64,000 bases of DNA from an uncultured Clostridium sp. (GTDB taxonomy: Bacteria > Bacillota_I > Bacilli_A > RF39 > UBA660). This document shows, piece after piece, positions 10,991-22,090 of the stretch. Under the pieces are notes generated by a model. It was given only the letters and a program-made list of their open reading frames with translations. It was not told the origin of the DNA and searched no databases. The first letter of the stretch is position 1. Every line of letters starts with the position of its first letter. The stretch spans positions 12,879 to 76,878 of the forward strand of contig CAMIWC010000003.1 of the NCBI GenBank assembly GCA_946402315.1. The letters run 5' to 3'. Made by a program: the position numbers and the translations under genes.

Positions 10991-11836
10991 ATGGAAATAA
11001 TTGTAGGTATAAGTGCATGCTTCTGTAGTGGAGTTCAACTATCAGTAGACAAAACAAAAGATTTATTAAAATCTAAAGAAACTTGCTACTGTTTAGGTTC
11101 ATTGGTACATAATAAAGAAGTAATTAAAGATTTAGAAAAAAATGGTCTTGTAATTATAGATAGTTTAGATGAAGTAGAAGATGATTCTTCTGTTATAGTA
11201 AGAGCTCATGGTATTCCTAAAGAAGTATATGAAGAAGCAGAAAGAAGAAATATTACTTTAATAGATTTAACTTGTCCTAGAGTTCTTAGAATACATGATT
11301 TAGTTAAGAAAGATAATAATTTTATAATTCTATTTGGAGAAGAAGGTCATCCCGAAGTAGTGGGTACACTTAGTTTTTGTCGAGATGGAGTTGTAGTATA
11401 TACCGAAGATGATGTAAGAAAAGCTATTAAATATATTAAAAAGAATAAGATAGATAGTGTATCTGTATATACACAAACTACTTATTCCTTAGAAAAATAT
11501 AATGAATTAATAGAGATTATAAAAGAAGAATTAGGAGATTTAGATTTAAATATTAATAATAATATATGTGCTGTGACTAGAACTAGACAAAAAGAAACTT
11601 ATGAATTAGCGCGTACTGTTGATCTTATGATAATTATTGGTGGTAGAAATAGTTCTAATACTTTAAAACTATATGATATTGCATCTTCTATTACTAAGAC
11701 CTATGCTATAGAAACATATAAAGATTTAGAAGATAAAGATTTAAATTATAATAGAATTGGTATTATGGCAGGATCATCTACTCCAAAGAGTAGTATTGAT
11801 GAATGTATAGAATATATTCAAAATAAAAGACACTAA
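10991..11836 (+). CDS. ispH: 4-hydroxy-3-methylbut-2-enyl diphosphate reductase
   Basis: CFCSGV, LVHN, VRAHG, TCPRV, HPEV, QTT, ICAVT, GGRNSSNT, AGSSTP. Confidence 0.95.
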   Translation: MEIIVGISACFCSGVQLSVDKTKDLLKSKETCYCLGSLVHNKEVIKDLEKNGLVIIDSLDEVEDDSSVIVRAHGIPKEVYEEAERRNITLIDLTCPRVLRIHDLVKKDNNFIILFGEEGHPEVVGTLSFCRDGVVVYTEDDVRKAIKYIKKNKIDSVSVYTQTTYSLEKYNELIEIIKEELGDLDLNINNNICAVTRTRQKETYELARTVDLMIIIGGRNSSNTLKLYDIASSITKTYAIETYKDLEDKDLNYNRIGIMAGSSTPKSSIDECIEYIQNKRH

Positions 11837-11848
11837 TGTGTCTTTTTT
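11825..11848. terminator. Bidirectional terminator
   Basis: AAAAGACAC-TAAT-GTGTCTTTTTT between convergent genes. Confidence 0.75.
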
Positions 11849-11849
11849 A

Positions 11850-12989
11850 TTACATATGATTAGATTTTTCAGGTTCTTTATGAATAGTAATTGATTTTGG
11901 CCCGTTCTGTGTTTGAACAGTTATTTCTTTATCATTAGGAAGAAATTTAAATACATTTTCTACATAATGTGGATCACCTACTGTTACAACATAACGATAA
12001 TTCATCCAACCATTATATGTAGGATCTGCTATTATATCTTCTTTACTTATTCCTTCGGCTTCACTACAAGCATTTAATACTTTTTTAATATTTCCTGGAC
12101 CAAAGTTATATGCTTGTAAGGTTAAAGGAATATTGCCATTATACATACGTAAGTAATCAGCCCATATAGCCGCACCAGTTTCAATATTAGATTCTAGATC
12201 TTGTAATTTTTCTGCAGTAACATAAATAGTATCATATTGATTAGTTTCATAATTGTATACTCTAAGTGTTTCTCCTATATGTACTGATTTTTGAATTTGC
12301 ATTATTCCTTCAGCAGCACCTTTACCAACATTTTCATAATGTTTACCGCTTCCTTCTTGAGCAGCGATAGCAATTAATAGTTCAGGATCAACTCCATATC
12401 TATTACCATATTTTACAAAGTATTCTTCATATCTTCTTGCATTTTGGACGCAAACTGGATCTCCTTCTTTATTATATGAATATGAGAAAGTATTTCCTTC
12501 TTCATAATCTTCAGTTACTTCAGGCTCTTCAGTATCATAAACTATAGAAGAAGAATCATAAATAATATCATCTGGATAAGTAGGCATATCTCCTTTTGTT
12601 TCGATATAATCAGGTGGAAGATTAGGAACATCAGTAGTAGTACGATTTTTAGCTAAATTAATTGCTCCTGTAATAGTTAATGCAGCAGCAACTATAACAG
12701 CAGTTGCTTTTGGATATGATTTTACTAGTGCAATTGGTACTTTAGGCAGATTATATATTATTAGTTTAACTTTATTTCTTTTTATATATCTTTCATATTC
12801 ATCAATAATTGAACTAATTCTTCCGTGTACTGTACCATCTTCTTCTAATGATGCTTCTTTATCTTCACAAATAGAAGCTAATTTTTCTAAATGATCTATA
12901 TCTCTAATAGTTTTAACAGTATGATCTACATATATTTTGGCATAAGGACCTTTTTCATCTCTAAAGAATTGTATTCTTTTTCTTGCCAT
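11850..12989 (-). CDS. Membrane-anchored lytic transglycosylase (SLT domain)
   Basis: TM helix then GVDPELLIAIAAQEG, GIMQI, NIETGA, AYNFGPGN. Confidence 0.85.
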   Translation of the reverse strand: MARKRIQFFRDEKGPYAKIYVDHTVKTIRDIDHLEKLASICEDKEASLEEDGTVHGRISSIIDEYERYIKRNKVKLIIYNLPKVPIALVKSYPKATAVIVAAALTITGAINLAKNRTTTDVPNLPPDYIETKGDMPTYPDDIIYDSSSIVYDTEEPEVTEDYEEGNTFSYSYNKEGDPVCVQNARRYEEYFVKYGNRYGVDPELLIAIAAQEGSGKHYENVGKGAAEGIMQIQKSVHIGETLRVYNYETNQYDTIYVTAEKLQDLESNIETGAAIWADYLRMYNGNIPLTLQAYNFGPGNIKKVLNACSEAEGISKEDIIADPTYNGWMNYRYVVTVGDPHYVENVFKFLPNDKEITVQTQNGPKSITIHKEPEKSNHM

Positions 12990-13121
12990 ACATATCCCTC
13001 GATTCTATCTAATATTAATCTATCATAATATATATATTTATTCAAAAATATTTACATATATTGTGTAAAATATAGTTTTAATTTATAAAATAATATATAA
13101 TAAATAAGCAAGGGTGATTGT

Positions 13122-15674
13122 ATGAATAGAAATGAAGTAGATCGTAATAAAATTAGTCCAATGATGAAGCAATATCTAGAAATAAAAGATAATTATCCAG
13201 ATACTTTAATCTTTTATAGATTAGGTGATTTCTATGAAATGTTTTTTGAAGATGCAATCATCGGTAATAGAGAACTAGGACTAACTCTAACAGGAAGAAA
13301 TGCTGGCCTTGATGAGAGAGTACCTATGTGTGGAGTACCACATCATGCTTATGTATCATATTTAGATAAATTAGTAGAAAAAGGATATAAAGTTGCAATA
13401 TGTGAACAAATGGAAGATCCTAAACTAGCTAAAGGTATGGTAGATAGAGATATAGTACAAGTAGTAACTAAAGGTACTAGACTTGATTCTGACTTATATG
13501 AAAAAGATAATAATTATATAGGTAGTATATATGATTTTAATTATTGTTATATTTTAACTTTTGCTGATATAACTACTGGATCTATTTATTCTATGGTAGT
13601 AGATCATGATAAAGAATTAATTATTAAAGAAGTTACTAAAAGAAATATAAAAGAACTAATAGTAAGTGAAAAAATAGATAGAGGAATTATAAATGTTTTT
13701 AGAGAACAATATAATGTACTAGTTACTATTTATGATGAACTATATGAAGATAATAATTATGAATCTATTTATAAAGAAATTAATGATTTAAGAGTTATTA
13801 CAGGTATTAAACATTTATTATCATATGTAATAGGTGCTAAAAAAGGAGATTTATCTCATTTACAAAAAGTAGAAATAATTAATAGTGATAAATTCTTATT
13901 ATTTGATGTACATACTAAAAGAAATCTAGAGCTTATTGAAACTATACGTACTAAAGATAGAATTTATTCATTATTATGGTTACTTGATAAAACTAAGACT
14001 GCTATGGGAGGAAGATTACTTAAATATAATATTGAGAACCCTATAACAGATAAGCAAGAATTAAATAGAAGATTTGATGTAATAGAAAAATTATTAAATG
14101 AATTTATCTTAAAAGAAGATTTAATAAGAGAACTAGATCAAGTATATGACTTAGAAAGATTAACTGGTAGAGTAGCTTATGGTAACTTGAATGCAAGAGA
14201 CTTAATACAATTAAAGAACTCTTTAAAAGTATTACCATTTATTCATGATATTTTAGAAGAATTAAAATATGATAAGAATGTAGAACCATTAGAAGATTTA
14301 TATAGTTTACTTGAACAATCTATTAATGAAGATGCTCCAGTTACAGTTAGAGAAGGTTCTTTAATTAAGGCTGGATATAGTAGTGAATTAGATGAACTTA
14401 AAAGTGTTAGAAGTAATAGTAAGGACTTTATCTTAGAGTTTGAAGCAGAAGAAAGAGAAAGAACAGGTATTAAGAACTTAAAAGTAGGATTTAATAAAGT
14501 CTTTGGTTATTACATAGAGATATCTAAAGGAAATATTCCACTAGTTAAAGATGAATGGAATTATGATCGTAAACAAACACTTGTTAATTGTGAAAGATTT
14601 ATTACACCTATCTTAAAAGAAAAAGAAAATATTATCTTAGGTGCCGAAGAAAAGATAATTGAACTTGAATATAAACTATTTATGGAAATTAGAGATGAAG
14701 TTAAGAAATATATTTCTGTTATTCAAGAAAATAGTAAAGTATTAGCTGAAATAGATATGTTAGCATCTTTTGCAACAGTTACAGAAGAGAACTCTTATGT
14801 AAGACCTAAATTTACAGATACAAGAGATATTATTATTAAAGATGGAAGACATCCAGTAGTAGAAAAAGTAATAAAAGATAATTATATTAGTAATGATATT
14901 ATTATGAAAGATGATGTAGATATTTTACTTATTACTGGACCTAATATGGCAGGTAAATCTACTTATATGAGACAACTTGCAATCACTGTTATTATGGCTC
15001 AAATAGGTTGTTTTGTACCAGCTAAAGAATGTACTATACCAATATTTGATAAGATCTTTACAAGAATTGGTGCTAGTGATGATTTAGTTAGTGGAGACTC
15101 TACATTTATGATAGAAATGAAAGAAGCAAATACAGCTATCACAGAAGCAACAGAAAATAGTCTAATTCTATTTGATGAATTAGGTAGAGGAACAGCTACT
15201 TATGATGGTATGAGTCTTGCTCAAGCAATATTAGAATATATTCATGATAATATTCATGCAAAGACTTTATTTTCAACACATTATCATGAATTAACAGTAT
15301 TAGAACATGATTTACATAATTTAAAGAATGTTCATGTAAGTGCAATCCTAGAAGATGGTAAATTAGTATTTTTACATAAAGTAAAGAATGGTTCAGTAGA
15401 TAAGAGTTATGGTATTCATGTAGCTAGTCTTGCTCATTTACCAGAAAGTTTAATTAATCGAGCAAACGATATCCTATCTATCTATGAAAATAGTAATAAG
15501 AAAGATCGTGAATTTACTCAAACATCTTTATTCTTAGATTTTGGAGATGAAGAAAAAAGTAAAGAATCTATTGTAGAAGAAAAATTAAAAAGTATTGATC
15601 CGCTTGAAACTACACCTATTGAAGCCTTAAATATTTTATATGAATTAAAAAAAGATATTGATGATAAGAAATAA
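13122..15674 (+). CDS. mutS: DNA mismatch repair protein MutS
   Basis: SPMMKQY, FYRLGDFYEMFF, TGPNMAGKSTY, STFMIEM, DELGRGT. Confidence 0.98.
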   Translation: MNRNEVDRNKISPMMKQYLEIKDNYPDTLIFYRLGDFYEMFFEDAIIGNRELGLTLTGRNAGLDERVPMCGVPHHAYVSYLDKLVEKGYKVAICEQMEDPKLAKGMVDRDIVQVVTKGTRLDSDLYEKDNNYIGSIYDFNYCYILTFADITTGSIYSMVVDHDKELIIKEVTKRNIKELIVSEKIDRGIINVFREQYNVLVTIYDELYEDNNYESIYKEINDLRVITGIKHLLSYVIGAKKGDLSHLQKVEIINSDKFLLFDVHTKRNLELIETIRTKDRIYSLLWLLDKTKTAMGGRLLKYNIENPITDKQELNRRFDVIEKLLNEFILKEDLIRELDQVYDLERLTGRVAYGNLNARDLIQLKNSLKVLPFIHDILEELKYDKNVEPLEDLYSLLEQSINEDAPVTVREGSLIKAGYSSELDELKSVRSNSKDFILEFEAEERERTGIKNLKVGFNKVFGYYIEISKGNIPLVKDEWNYDRKQTLVNCERFITPILKEKENIILGAEEKIIELEYKLFMEIRDEVKKYISVIQENSKVLAEIDMLASFATVTEENSYVRPKFTDTRDIIIKDGRHPVVEKVIKDNYISNDIIMKDDVDILLITGPNMAGKSTYMRQLAITVIMAQIGCFVPAKECTIPIFDKIFTRIGASDDLVSGDSTFMIEMKEANTAITEATENSLILFDELGRGTATYDGMSLAQAILEYIHDNIHAKTLFSTHYHELTVLEHDLHNLKNVHVSAILEDGKLVFLHKVKNGSVDKSYGIHVASLAHLPESLINRANDILSIYENSNKKDREFTQTSLFLDFGDEEKSKESIVEEKLKSIDPLETTPIEALNILYELKKDIDDKK

Positions 15675-15710
15675 AAAGTATGATATACTAAAAACATATA
15701 GGAGGTATTT

Positions 15711-16430
15711 ATGAACTTTTTAGCTATAAATGTAATAGATGTAATTATTGTCTTAATGATTCTATTAGCTGGTGTTATTGGATTTAAAAGAGGAGTATTT
15801 AAAGAATTAGTTTTAACAGTTGGATACTTTATCTTAATAATCTTAGCTTATTGGATTAAGACACCTATTGGAGAATTCTTAGCAGAAAATTTCCCATTCT
15901 TAACATTTGGAGGAAAATTAATATATATGCCAGTTGTAAATATTATTTTCTATCAAATGATCGCATTTATTATAGTTTTTGCTATTCTAGCTATAGTATT
16001 TAATATTATTCTATTCTTAACTAAAGTATTAGAAAAAATATTAGATGCTACTATAGTATTAGGATTAGTTTCAAGAATATGTGGTTTTGTAGTTGGATTA
16101 ATTGAAGGATATATTATTATGTATTTTGTCTGCGTATTATTATCATTCCCAATATTTAATCAAACAGTAGTAGCTGAATCTAAATTAAAAGAAAGTATGC
16201 TTAATAATACTCCAATTTTAAGTAAATATACTGGTGGTTTAGTTAAGACAGTAAATGGAGTAGTAGAACTTGCTGATGATTTTAAAGAAGATAAAGCAGA
16301 CGAATTTAACTTAAAAACTATAGAATTAATGCTAGATAATAAAATGGTTTCTAAAAAACATATCCAAACTTTACAAAAACAAAATAAACTTGATACTCCA
16401 GGATTGGATGAATTATTAGAAAGATATTAA
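15711..16430 (+). CDS. CvpA/colicin V production family membrane protein
   Basis: DVIIVLMILLAGVIGFKRGVFKEL start, several TMs, RICGFVVGLIEG. Confidence 0.8.
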   Translation: MNFLAINVIDVIIVLMILLAGVIGFKRGVFKELVLTVGYFILIILAYWIKTPIGEFLAENFPFLTFGGKLIYMPVVNIIFYQMIAFIIVFAILAIVFNIILFLTKVLEKILDATIVLGLVSRICGFVVGLIEGYIIMYFVCVLLSFPIFNQTVVAESKLKESMLNNTPILSKYTGGLVKTVNGVVELADDFKEDKADEFNLKTIELMLDNKMVSKKHIQTLQKQNKLDTPGLDELLERY

Positions 16431-16459
16431 TAAAAAAACATAACCGTTTGGTTATGTTT

Positions 16460-17017
16460 TTAATTTGTATATTTATTTATTATTGAATACTCTAGGTTTA
16501 TTTTATTTAAATCTTTAGTAGGTATTTCTACTATATATTTAACATCATCTAAGTATTCTTTTTTTGTTTCATATTCTTTTAATAGATTATCTATATTTTT
16601 TTGAGAATAGTAATCAGTATTAAATGTGATAGTAGCGTATTCTATTTCTTCAGTAACATTTTCTTGTAAAGCATTTGATACAGAATCAGTATAAGCTCTA
16701 ATAAGTCCACCCATACCAAGTTTAATACCTCCAAAGTATCTTATTACAATACAAAGAGTATTATTTAAATTATTTTTATTTAATACTTCTAGTATTGGAA
16801 TACCAGCACTACCTCCTGGTTCTCCATCATCACTTGATTTTTTCATATTATTTATTACATATGCATAACAGTAGTGTGTAGCTTTAGGATATTTCTTTTT
16901 ATATTCATTAATTATATCTTTTATTTGATCTGTATCTTTTTGTTTTATAAGAATACAAATAAATTTAGATTTCTTAACTTCTAAAACACTTTCTTTATTT
17001 GAAATAATGGTATTCAT
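16460..17017 (-). CDS. YigZ/IMPACT family protein
   Basis: VKKSKF, ATHYCYAY, DDGEPGGSAG, RYFGGIKLGMGGLIRAY. Confidence 0.92.
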   Translation of the reverse strand: MNTIISNKESVLEVKKSKFICILIKQKDTDQIKDIINEYKKKYPKATHYCYAYVINNMKKSSDDGEPGGSAGIPILEVLNKNNLNNTLCIVIRYFGGIKLGMGGLIRAYTDSVSNALQENVTEEIEYATITFNTDYYSQKNIDNLLKEYETKKEYLDDVKYIVEIPTKDLNKINLEYSIINKYTN

Positions 17018-17090
17018 AAAATCACCAATTAAATTCTAACAAATAATTAATTATATGTAAAATATGATATAATTAACGCAAGGAGTTTTT

Positions 17091-18860
17091 ATGACTAGTA
17101 ATTACATTAAAGAAAAATTAAAACTAATTCCAGAACTACCAGGAAGTTATCAATTTAAGAATAAAGATGGAATTATTATCTATGTAGGTAAAGCTAAGAA
17201 TTTAAAAAGAAGAGTATCTTCTTATTTTAATCATGTCCAAACTGGTAAAACTTTAATGTTAGTCAATGATATAGTTGATTTAGAATATATTGTAACATCT
17301 AGTGAATTAGAGTCTTTAATACTAGAAATAACTCTTATTAAAAAATATGATCCTAAATATAATATTCTTTTAAAAGATGATAAAAGTTATCCATATATTG
17401 AATTTACTAGAGATAAGTATCCTACTTTAAAAGTAGTTAGAAACTTAAATCGTAAAAAGAATAAGAATCATTTATTTGGTCCTTATCCTAATGTAACCGC
17501 AGCTCGTAAAACAGTAGATATAATTAATAGAATATACCCATTACGTAAATGTGATAATTTAAAGAAAGATTTATGTCTTTATTATCATATAGGAGAATGT
17601 CTAGGATATTGTAAGTTAAATATAAATAAATCTGAAATAGATTCTATGTGTGATGAAATAATATCTTTCTTAAAAGGTAACAGTGATATTGTTAAAAAGA
17701 AAATTAATGAAAAAATGTTAAAAGCTAGTGAAGAAATGAACTACGAACGAGCATTAGAATATAAACAAATGTTAGAAGATATAGATATTACCTTATCTCA
17801 TCAAAAGATAATTCTAAATAAGAAGTATAATTTTGATGTATTTAACTTATATCGTCATAATAACTATGCTTCTATAGAAGTATTCTTTGTAAGAGACGGT
17901 GTCTTATTTGGTAAACATGAGGATATTATTACTGTTGTAGATGAAAATGAAGAAGTATTAACTGAGTACATTATTAAATTCTATGAAAAGAATAATGTTC
18001 TACCCAAAGAAATAATAGTACCTTCATATATTGATCAATCTCTTTTAGGAGAATACTTAAATATAAAAGTATCTAGTCCTAGTCGTGGAGATATAAAGAA
18101 ATTGCTTAGTCTTGCAGAAGAAAATGCTAAGATAAAATTAAATAATAAAGAAGAAACATTATCTCGTAGTGAAAAAGCTAGAATGGAAGCATTAAATGAT
18201 TTAAGAAATATTTTAAATGATCAATCTATATCTCGTATGGAAGCATTTGATAACTCACATTTATTTGGTACATTCTATGTAGGTGGAATGGTAGTTTTTG
18301 ATGACTTCCTACCTAACAAGAATCTATATCGTAAATTTAAAGTAGCGCCTTCTGTTAAAGATGATTTAGCTGCGATGAAAGAAGTACTTTATCGTAGATA
18401 TTTTAAAGTACTTATGGGTGAAGAAGAAAAATGTGATCTTATAGTAATCGATGGAGGAGAAAATCAAGTTAAAGTATGTAAAGAAATAATAGATTCTCTA
18501 AAGTTAGATATTAAAATTATTGGTCTTAAAAAGGATGATAAACATCGTACTAGTTCTTTAATAAATAGTGACTTATCTGAAATACCAATTGATAAACATA
18601 GTAACTTATTCATCTTCTTAAGTAAGATTCAAGAAGAAGTACATAGGTATGCGATAAGTTACCATCGTCAAATAAAAAGTAAAGGTACTTTATCAAGTGT
18701 CCTTGAAATGGTAGATGGTATTGGTCCTAAAAGAAGAAAGATGTTACTTAGAAGGTTTGATTCTTTAAAAAAGATGAAGGAAGCATCACTAGAAGAACTA
18801 GAAGAAGTACTTAATCATGATGTGGCTTTAAACTTATATAATTATTTAAAAACTATTTAA
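17091..18860 (+). CDS. uvrC: Excinuclease ABC subunit C
   Basis: GIY-YIG (PGSYQF...YVGKAKNLKRRV), EAFDNSH, DLIVIDGG, HhH GIGPKR. Confidence 0.97.
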   Translation: MTSNYIKEKLKLIPELPGSYQFKNKDGIIIYVGKAKNLKRRVSSYFNHVQTGKTLMLVNDIVDLEYIVTSSELESLILEITLIKKYDPKYNILLKDDKSYPYIEFTRDKYPTLKVVRNLNRKKNKNHLFGPYPNVTAARKTVDIINRIYPLRKCDNLKKDLCLYYHIGECLGYCKLNINKSEIDSMCDEIISFLKGNSDIVKKKINEKMLKASEEMNYERALEYKQMLEDIDITLSHQKIILNKKYNFDVFNLYRHNNYASIEVFFVRDGVLFGKHEDIITVVDENEEVLTEYIIKFYEKNNVLPKEIIVPSYIDQSLLGEYLNIKVSSPSRGDIKKLLSLAEENAKIKLNNKEETLSRSEKARMEALNDLRNILNDQSISRMEAFDNSHLFGTFYVGGMVVFDDFLPNKNLYRKFKVAPSVKDDLAAMKEVLYRRYFKVLMGEEEKCDLIVIDGGENQVKVCKEIIDSLKLDIKIIGLKKDDKHRTSSLINSDLSEIPIDKHSNLFIFLSKIQEEVHRYAISYHRQIKSKGTLSSVLEMVDGIGPKRRKMLLRRFDSLKKMKEASLEELEEVLNHDVALNLYNYLKTI

Positions 18861-18912
18861 TTAATAATTTAATTATGATATTATATTTGTAGAATTGAAA
18901 AGGAGAATAATT

Positions 18913-19302
18913 ATGGATAAAAAGAAAAAAACACCACCAAAAAAGAAAATAGATTTTAGATGGATTATTGTAGGATGTGCTATTGTATTAGTAATTATTA
19001 TTGCATTAGTATTAGTACTTACAAATAAACCTAAAAAAGATGATAAAAAAGATAAACCAAAAGAAGAAGATACTGGAATAAAAGTTATTACTGATGAAAG
19101 TACTATGGAAAAAGATTATGGTTTTTCTAAAGAAGATGCAATCAATGCAGTAAAAGAAACATATCAAAGTGATAATTATACATTTACTGCAGTAGCAAAT
19201 GATGATAATACTTATACAGTTATTGTAGAAAATGAAGAAAATGGTGAGATAACTAAATGGACAGTTGATCCTAGTGATGGTTCTCGTTCAATGGATAGTT
19301 AA
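18913..19302 (+). CDS. Hypothetical membrane-anchored protein
   Basis: AAAGGAG RBS; basic N-terminus, single TM, small extracellular domain. Confidence 0.7.
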   Translation: MDKKKKTPPKKKIDFRWIIVGCAIVLVIIIALVLVLTNKPKKDDKKDKPKEEDTGIKVITDESTMEKDYGFSKEDAINAVKETYQSDNYTFTAVANDDNTYTVIVENEENGEITKWTVDPSDGSRSMDS

Positions 19303-19322
19303 TAGTTAGGATAGTGTTGTTT

Positions 19323-21071
19323 ATGAGTAAAATTTTAGTTATGGATGAAAGTCTAGCTAATAAGATCGCAGCTGGAGAAGTAGTTGAAAAAACAGTCAGT
19401 GTAGTAAAAGAATTAGTTGAGAACTCAATAGATGCTAACGCAACAGAAATTAAAATTGAACTTATAGATAGCGGTGTTAAAGAAATAAGTGTATCTGATA
19501 ACGGCGTTGGAATGGATAAAGAAGACGCCGTTTTATGTTTTTCTAGACATGCTACTAGTAAATTAAAATCAGAACATGATTTATTTAATATAGAACATTT
19601 AGGTTTTAGAGGTGAAGCTCTTCCTTCAATCGCATCTATTAGTAAATTAACTTTGACTACATCTAATGGTAAAACTGGTACTCAAGTATTAATTGAGGGT
19701 GGAGAAATAAAAGAAACAAAGAAAGCATCTCGTGAGCAAGGTACAACTATTGTTGTAAAAGATTTGTTTTATAATACTCCTGTAAGACTTAAATATATTA
19801 AAAATCTATATACTGAACTTGCTAATGTTACAGAGTACGTTGATAAGATGGCTTTATCTTATCCTAATATTAAGTTTAAGTTATCTAATAATGATAAATT
19901 AATACTTAATACTGATGGATCAGGAAATATCTTAAAAGTAATTAGTAAAGTATATGGTATAGAAGTAGCTAAAAAGATGATAGAAGTAAATGCTAGTAAT
20001 GAAGATTATACAATTACTGGATATATTTCTTATCCTGAAGAAGCTAGAACTACTAGAAATATAATAACTACTTTTGTAAATAACAGATTAATAAAGAATC
20101 AAGATATAAATAGAATTATTTTAGATGCATATCATACATATATTCCTGTATCTAAGACTCCTTTTATTGTTTTAAATATAGAAGTAGATCCTATCTTAAT
20201 AGACGTTAATATACATCCTACTAAGATGGATATTAAGTTTTCTAAAATGGATACTTTAACAGAATTACTTACTAAGACTATTAAAGAAAAATTAGAAACA
20301 AGAAATCTAATTCCAGAACTTAAAAGTAAAACTACTAATACTGATATGAAATCTAAATTAGAAGAATTAGTAGAAAAATATACTGAAGTAGAAGAAGAAA
20401 AACCTATTTATGAAGAATTAACATTAGATTTAGATGAACCTGAAATACATGAAGAAAGTGTTGTTTATGAACATAAATCTGATCGTATTAAAAAGATGTA
20501 CCCAGTAGGTTTAGTTAAAGGAACATATATTATTGCTGAAAATGAAGATGGAATGTATATAATAGATCAACATGCAGCAGCTGAAAGAATTAATTATGAA
20601 AAGTATTTAAAGGCTATGGGTACTCATGATAATCATATGATGGATTTACTTATACCTTTAAAAATAGAATTATCTAACAGTGATTATATTATTCTAAAAG
20701 AAAAGATGGATAAATTAATAGATCTTAATTTTGAAGTAGAAGACTTTGGACTCAATACTATTATGGTTAGATCTCATCCGTATTGGTTACCAGAATATGC
20801 TTTAAGTGAAGCTATTAGAAAGATAATAGATATAGTAATAAGTGAGAATGAATTTGATCCATATAAGTTTACAGAGAAAGTCGCAACAACTCTTGCTTGT
20901 AAGATGAGTATTAAAGCTAATGATCATATAGAAATGGCTGCTATGGAAGATTTACTTGATCGATTAAGACAAACAGATAATCCATTTACTTGTCCACATG
21001 GTAGGCCTACTATTATTAGTTATTCTAATTATGAATTAGAGAAATTGTTTATGAGAAGTATGGAATCATAG
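19323..21071 (+). CDS. mutL: DNA mismatch repair protein MutL
   Basis: ANKIAAGEVVE, KELVENSIDA, LGFRGEAL, DQHAAAER, CPHGRP. Confidence 0.98.
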   Translation: MSKILVMDESLANKIAAGEVVEKTVSVVKELVENSIDANATEIKIELIDSGVKEISVSDNGVGMDKEDAVLCFSRHATSKLKSEHDLFNIEHLGFRGEALPSIASISKLTLTTSNGKTGTQVLIEGGEIKETKKASREQGTTIVVKDLFYNTPVRLKYIKNLYTELANVTEYVDKMALSYPNIKFKLSNNDKLILNTDGSGNILKVISKVYGIEVAKKMIEVNASNEDYTITGYISYPEEARTTRNIITTFVNNRLIKNQDINRIILDAYHTYIPVSKTPFIVLNIEVDPILIDVNIHPTKMDIKFSKMDTLTELLTKTIKEKLETRNLIPELKSKTTNTDMKSKLEELVEKYTEVEEEKPIYEELTLDLDEPEIHEESVVYEHKSDRIKKMYPVGLVKGTYIIAENEDGMYIIDQHAAAERINYEKYLKAMGTHDNHMMDLLIPLKIELSNSDYIILKEKMDKLIDLNFEVEDFGLNTIMVRSHPYWLPEYALSEAIRKIIDIVISENEFDPYKFTEKVATTLACKMSIKANDHIEMAAMEDLLDRLRQTDNPFTCPHGRPTIISYSNYELEKLFMRSMES

Positions 21072-21123
21072 AGCAATTGCTCTTTTTTTATGTTATTATA
21101 TTGTTGATTTGAAGGTGATTTAA

Positions 21124-21996
21124 ATGATAGTAGCAATTGTAGGACCTACTGGTGTAGGTAAAACTAAGTTGAGTGTAGAACTAGCTAAAAAAATTAATGC
21201 TGAAATAATTAATGGGGATTCTATGCAAGTATATAAAGGACTTAATATAGGTACTGCTAAAGTAACAGAAGAAGAAAAAGATGGAGTACCTCATCATTTA
21301 TTTGATATTGTCGATGTAAATGATATTTATACTGTTTATGATTATCAAAGAGATTGTCGTAAGAAAATAGAAGAACTACAAAAACTAAATAAAAATATAA
21401 TTATTGTAGGTGGTACTGGTCTATATATAAAAGCTGCTTTATATGATTATAAATTTGATCAAGAAGAGAATAAAAAAGATTTTAGTAATTTATCTTTAGA
21501 AGAATTAGTAAATAGAATTAAAAATATTGATCCTAGTATTAATATAGATTTTTCTAATCGTCGTAGAGTAGAAAGAACGTTAGAAAAACTAGAGAACAAT
21601 AGTAGTTTTACTAATGATGAAGATAAAGTAGTATATCCAGTTACTATAATTGGTCTTACTACTGATAGAGATAATCTATATGAAATTATTAATAAAAGAG
21701 TAGATAAAATGGTTAATACAGGTTTAATAGAAGAAGTTAAAGGACTATATGATAAAAAAATAAGAACCAAAGCAATAAATACTGGTATTGGATATAAAGA
21801 ATTATATCAATATTTTGATGGAGAAATTACTTTAGATGAAGCACTTGAATTAATTAAAAAGAATTCACGTAAATATGCTAAAAGACAATATACATTTTTT
21901 AATAATAAAATGAGTGTAAAGTGGTTTAATACAGATTACAATAACTTTACAAATACAATTGACGAAGTTTACAATTATATAAGGGATAGAAAATAA
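21124..21996 (+). CDS. miaA: tRNA dimethylallyltransferase
   Basis: GPTGVGKT, DSMQVYKGLNIGTAK, GGTGLY, YAKRQYTF. Confidence 0.97.
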   Translation: MIVAIVGPTGVGKTKLSVELAKKINAEIINGDSMQVYKGLNIGTAKVTEEEKDGVPHHLFDIVDVNDIYTVYDYQRDCRKKIEELQKLNKNIIIVGGTGLYIKAALYDYKFDQEENKKDFSNLSLEELVNRIKNIDPSINIDFSNRRRVERTLEKLENNSSFTNDEDKVVYPVTIIGLTTDRDNLYEIINKRVDKMVNTGLIEEVKGLYDKKIRTKAINTGIGYKELYQYFDGEITLDEALELIKKNSRKYAKRQYTFFNNKMSVKWFNTDYNNFTNTIDEVYNYIRDRK

Positions 21997-22090
21997 AAAT
22001 ATTTTATAAAAAACTATTTAAAGATTTTCTATAAAATGATAGAATAGATATATCTAGAAAAATCAAAAAGGAAAAATCAGAGGTGATTTT

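Noticed and set aside
13047-13073. Inverted repeat TTTACA-N7-TGTAAA between the divergent SLT gene and mutS
   Set aside because: Short, AT-rich and overlapping promoter-like hexamers; no second instance noticed.
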